Shown in pieces: positions 62,811-64,000 of a stretch of 64,000 bases of DNA. The notes beneath the pieces are model-generated. The model was given only the letters and a program-made list of their open reading frames with translations. It made no database searches and was not told the DNA's origin. How positions within the stretch are numbered: position 1 is the first letter of the stretch; each line of letters starts with the position of its first letter. The position numbers and the translations under genes were made by a program. The stretch is from Macrostomum hystrix (lineage: Eukaryota; Animalia; Platyhelminthes): positions 2,480,001 to 2,544,000 of the forward strand of contig CATNEN010000005.1 of assembly GCA_950097015.1 (NCBI GenBank), given 5' to 3'.

Positions 62811-64000
62811 GCAGTGGGACTAGAGACAGTGGGACTAGAGACAGTGGGACTAGAGACAGTGGGACTAGAGACAGTGGGACTAGAGACAGTGGGACTAGAG
62901 ACAGTGGGACTAGAGACAGTGGGACTAGAGACAGTGGGACTAGAGACAGTGGGACTAGAGACAGTGAGACTAGAGACAGAGGGACTAGAGACAGTTAGAT
63001 TAGAGACAGTGGGACTAGAGACAGCTAGATTAGAGACAGTGGGACTAGAGACAGCTAGATTAGAGACAGTGGGACTAGAGACAGCTAGATTAGAGACAGT
63101 GGGACTAGAGACAGTGAGATTAGAGACAGTGGGACTAGAGACAGTGAGACTAGAGACAGTGAGACTAGAGACAGTGGGATTAGAGACAGTGGGACTAGAG
63201 ACAGTGAGACTAGAGACAGTGGGATTAGAGACAGTGAGATTAGAGACAGTGGGACTAGAGACAGTGAGATTAGAGACAGTGGGACTAGAGACAGTGGGAC
63301 TAGATACAGTGAGATTAGAGACAGTGGGACTAGAGACAGTGGGACTAGAGACAGTGGGACTAGAGACAGTGAGACTAGAGACAGTGGGACTAGAGACAGT
63401 GGGACTAGAGACAGTGAGACTAGAGACAGTGGGATTAGAGACAGTGAGATTAGAGACAGTGGGACTAGAGACAGTGAGATTAGAGACAGTGGGACTAGAG
63501 ACAGTGGGACTAGAGGCAGTGAGACTAGAGACAGTGGGACTAGAGACAGTGGGACTAGAGACAGTGAGACTAGAGACAGTGAGACTAGAGACAGTGGGAC
63601 TAGATACAGTGAGATTAGAGACAGTGGGACTAGAGACAGTGGGACTAGAGACAGTGGGACTAGAGACAGTGAGACTAGAGACAGTGGGACTAGAGACAGT
63701 GGGACTAGAGACAGTGTGGGACTAGAGACAGTCGGACTAGAAACAGCTAGATTTGAGACAGTGGGACTAGAGACAGCTAGATTAGAGACAGTGGGACTAG
63801 AGACAGTGGGACTAGAGACAGCTAGATTAGAGACAGTGGGACTAGAGACAGCTAGATTAGAGACAGTGGGACTAGAGACAGCTAGATTAGAGACAGTGGG
63901 ACTAGAGACAGCTAGATTAGAGACAGTGGGACTAGAGAGCTAGATTAGAGACAGTGGGACTAGAGACAGTTAGATTAGAGACAGTGGGACTAGAGACAGC
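62810..64000. repeat. 15-bp minisatellite GGGACTAGAGACAGT, runs off window end
   Basis: Period 15. Confidence 0.97.

Noticed and set aside
56183-63943. Repetitive ORFs at 56183-57375, 58026-58669, 61485-62221, 62798-63943
   Set aside because: Minisatellite translation artefacts

Overview
Animal (eukaryotic) genomic DNA. The lineage is not provable from sequence; the intronic minisatellites, polyQ/polyA tracts and gene content are reminiscent of Macrostomum-type flatworms (inference). I reconstructed eight spliced genes by hand from GT-AG junctions with consistent phases. On +: RUVBL2, a hemerythrin(HHE)-domain protein, UBE2U, a GST and Tbx2/3. On -: a WIF-domain protein, brainiac-like B3GalT and OCIAD/asrij. 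There is also a WSC-domain exon and a possible unknown gene at the right end. Mobile DNA: a 1764-bp internally deleted P-superfamily element (34-bp perfect TIRs, 8-bp TSD, intact THAP-only ORF), a 157-bp P-like MITE, three tRNA-derived SINE families (7 copies) and a doubtful solo LTR. About 25 kb (roughly 39%) is minisatellite, in about 30 arrays with different units; 16 of 17 introns over 500 bp carry one. Most long ORFs in the supplied track are artefacts of these arrays. Best leads: (1) a secreted WIF-only protein with an Arg/Cys-rich tail in place of EGF repeats or TM/kinase; (2) the KP-like P derivative inserted just upstream of the WSC exon; (3) an N-myristoylation-motif hemerythrin; (4) intron-private minisatellites sharing short cores; (5) UBE2U with Ala at the catalytic Cys position; (6) ATG-less phase-0 first exons compatible with spliced-leader-donated AUG.
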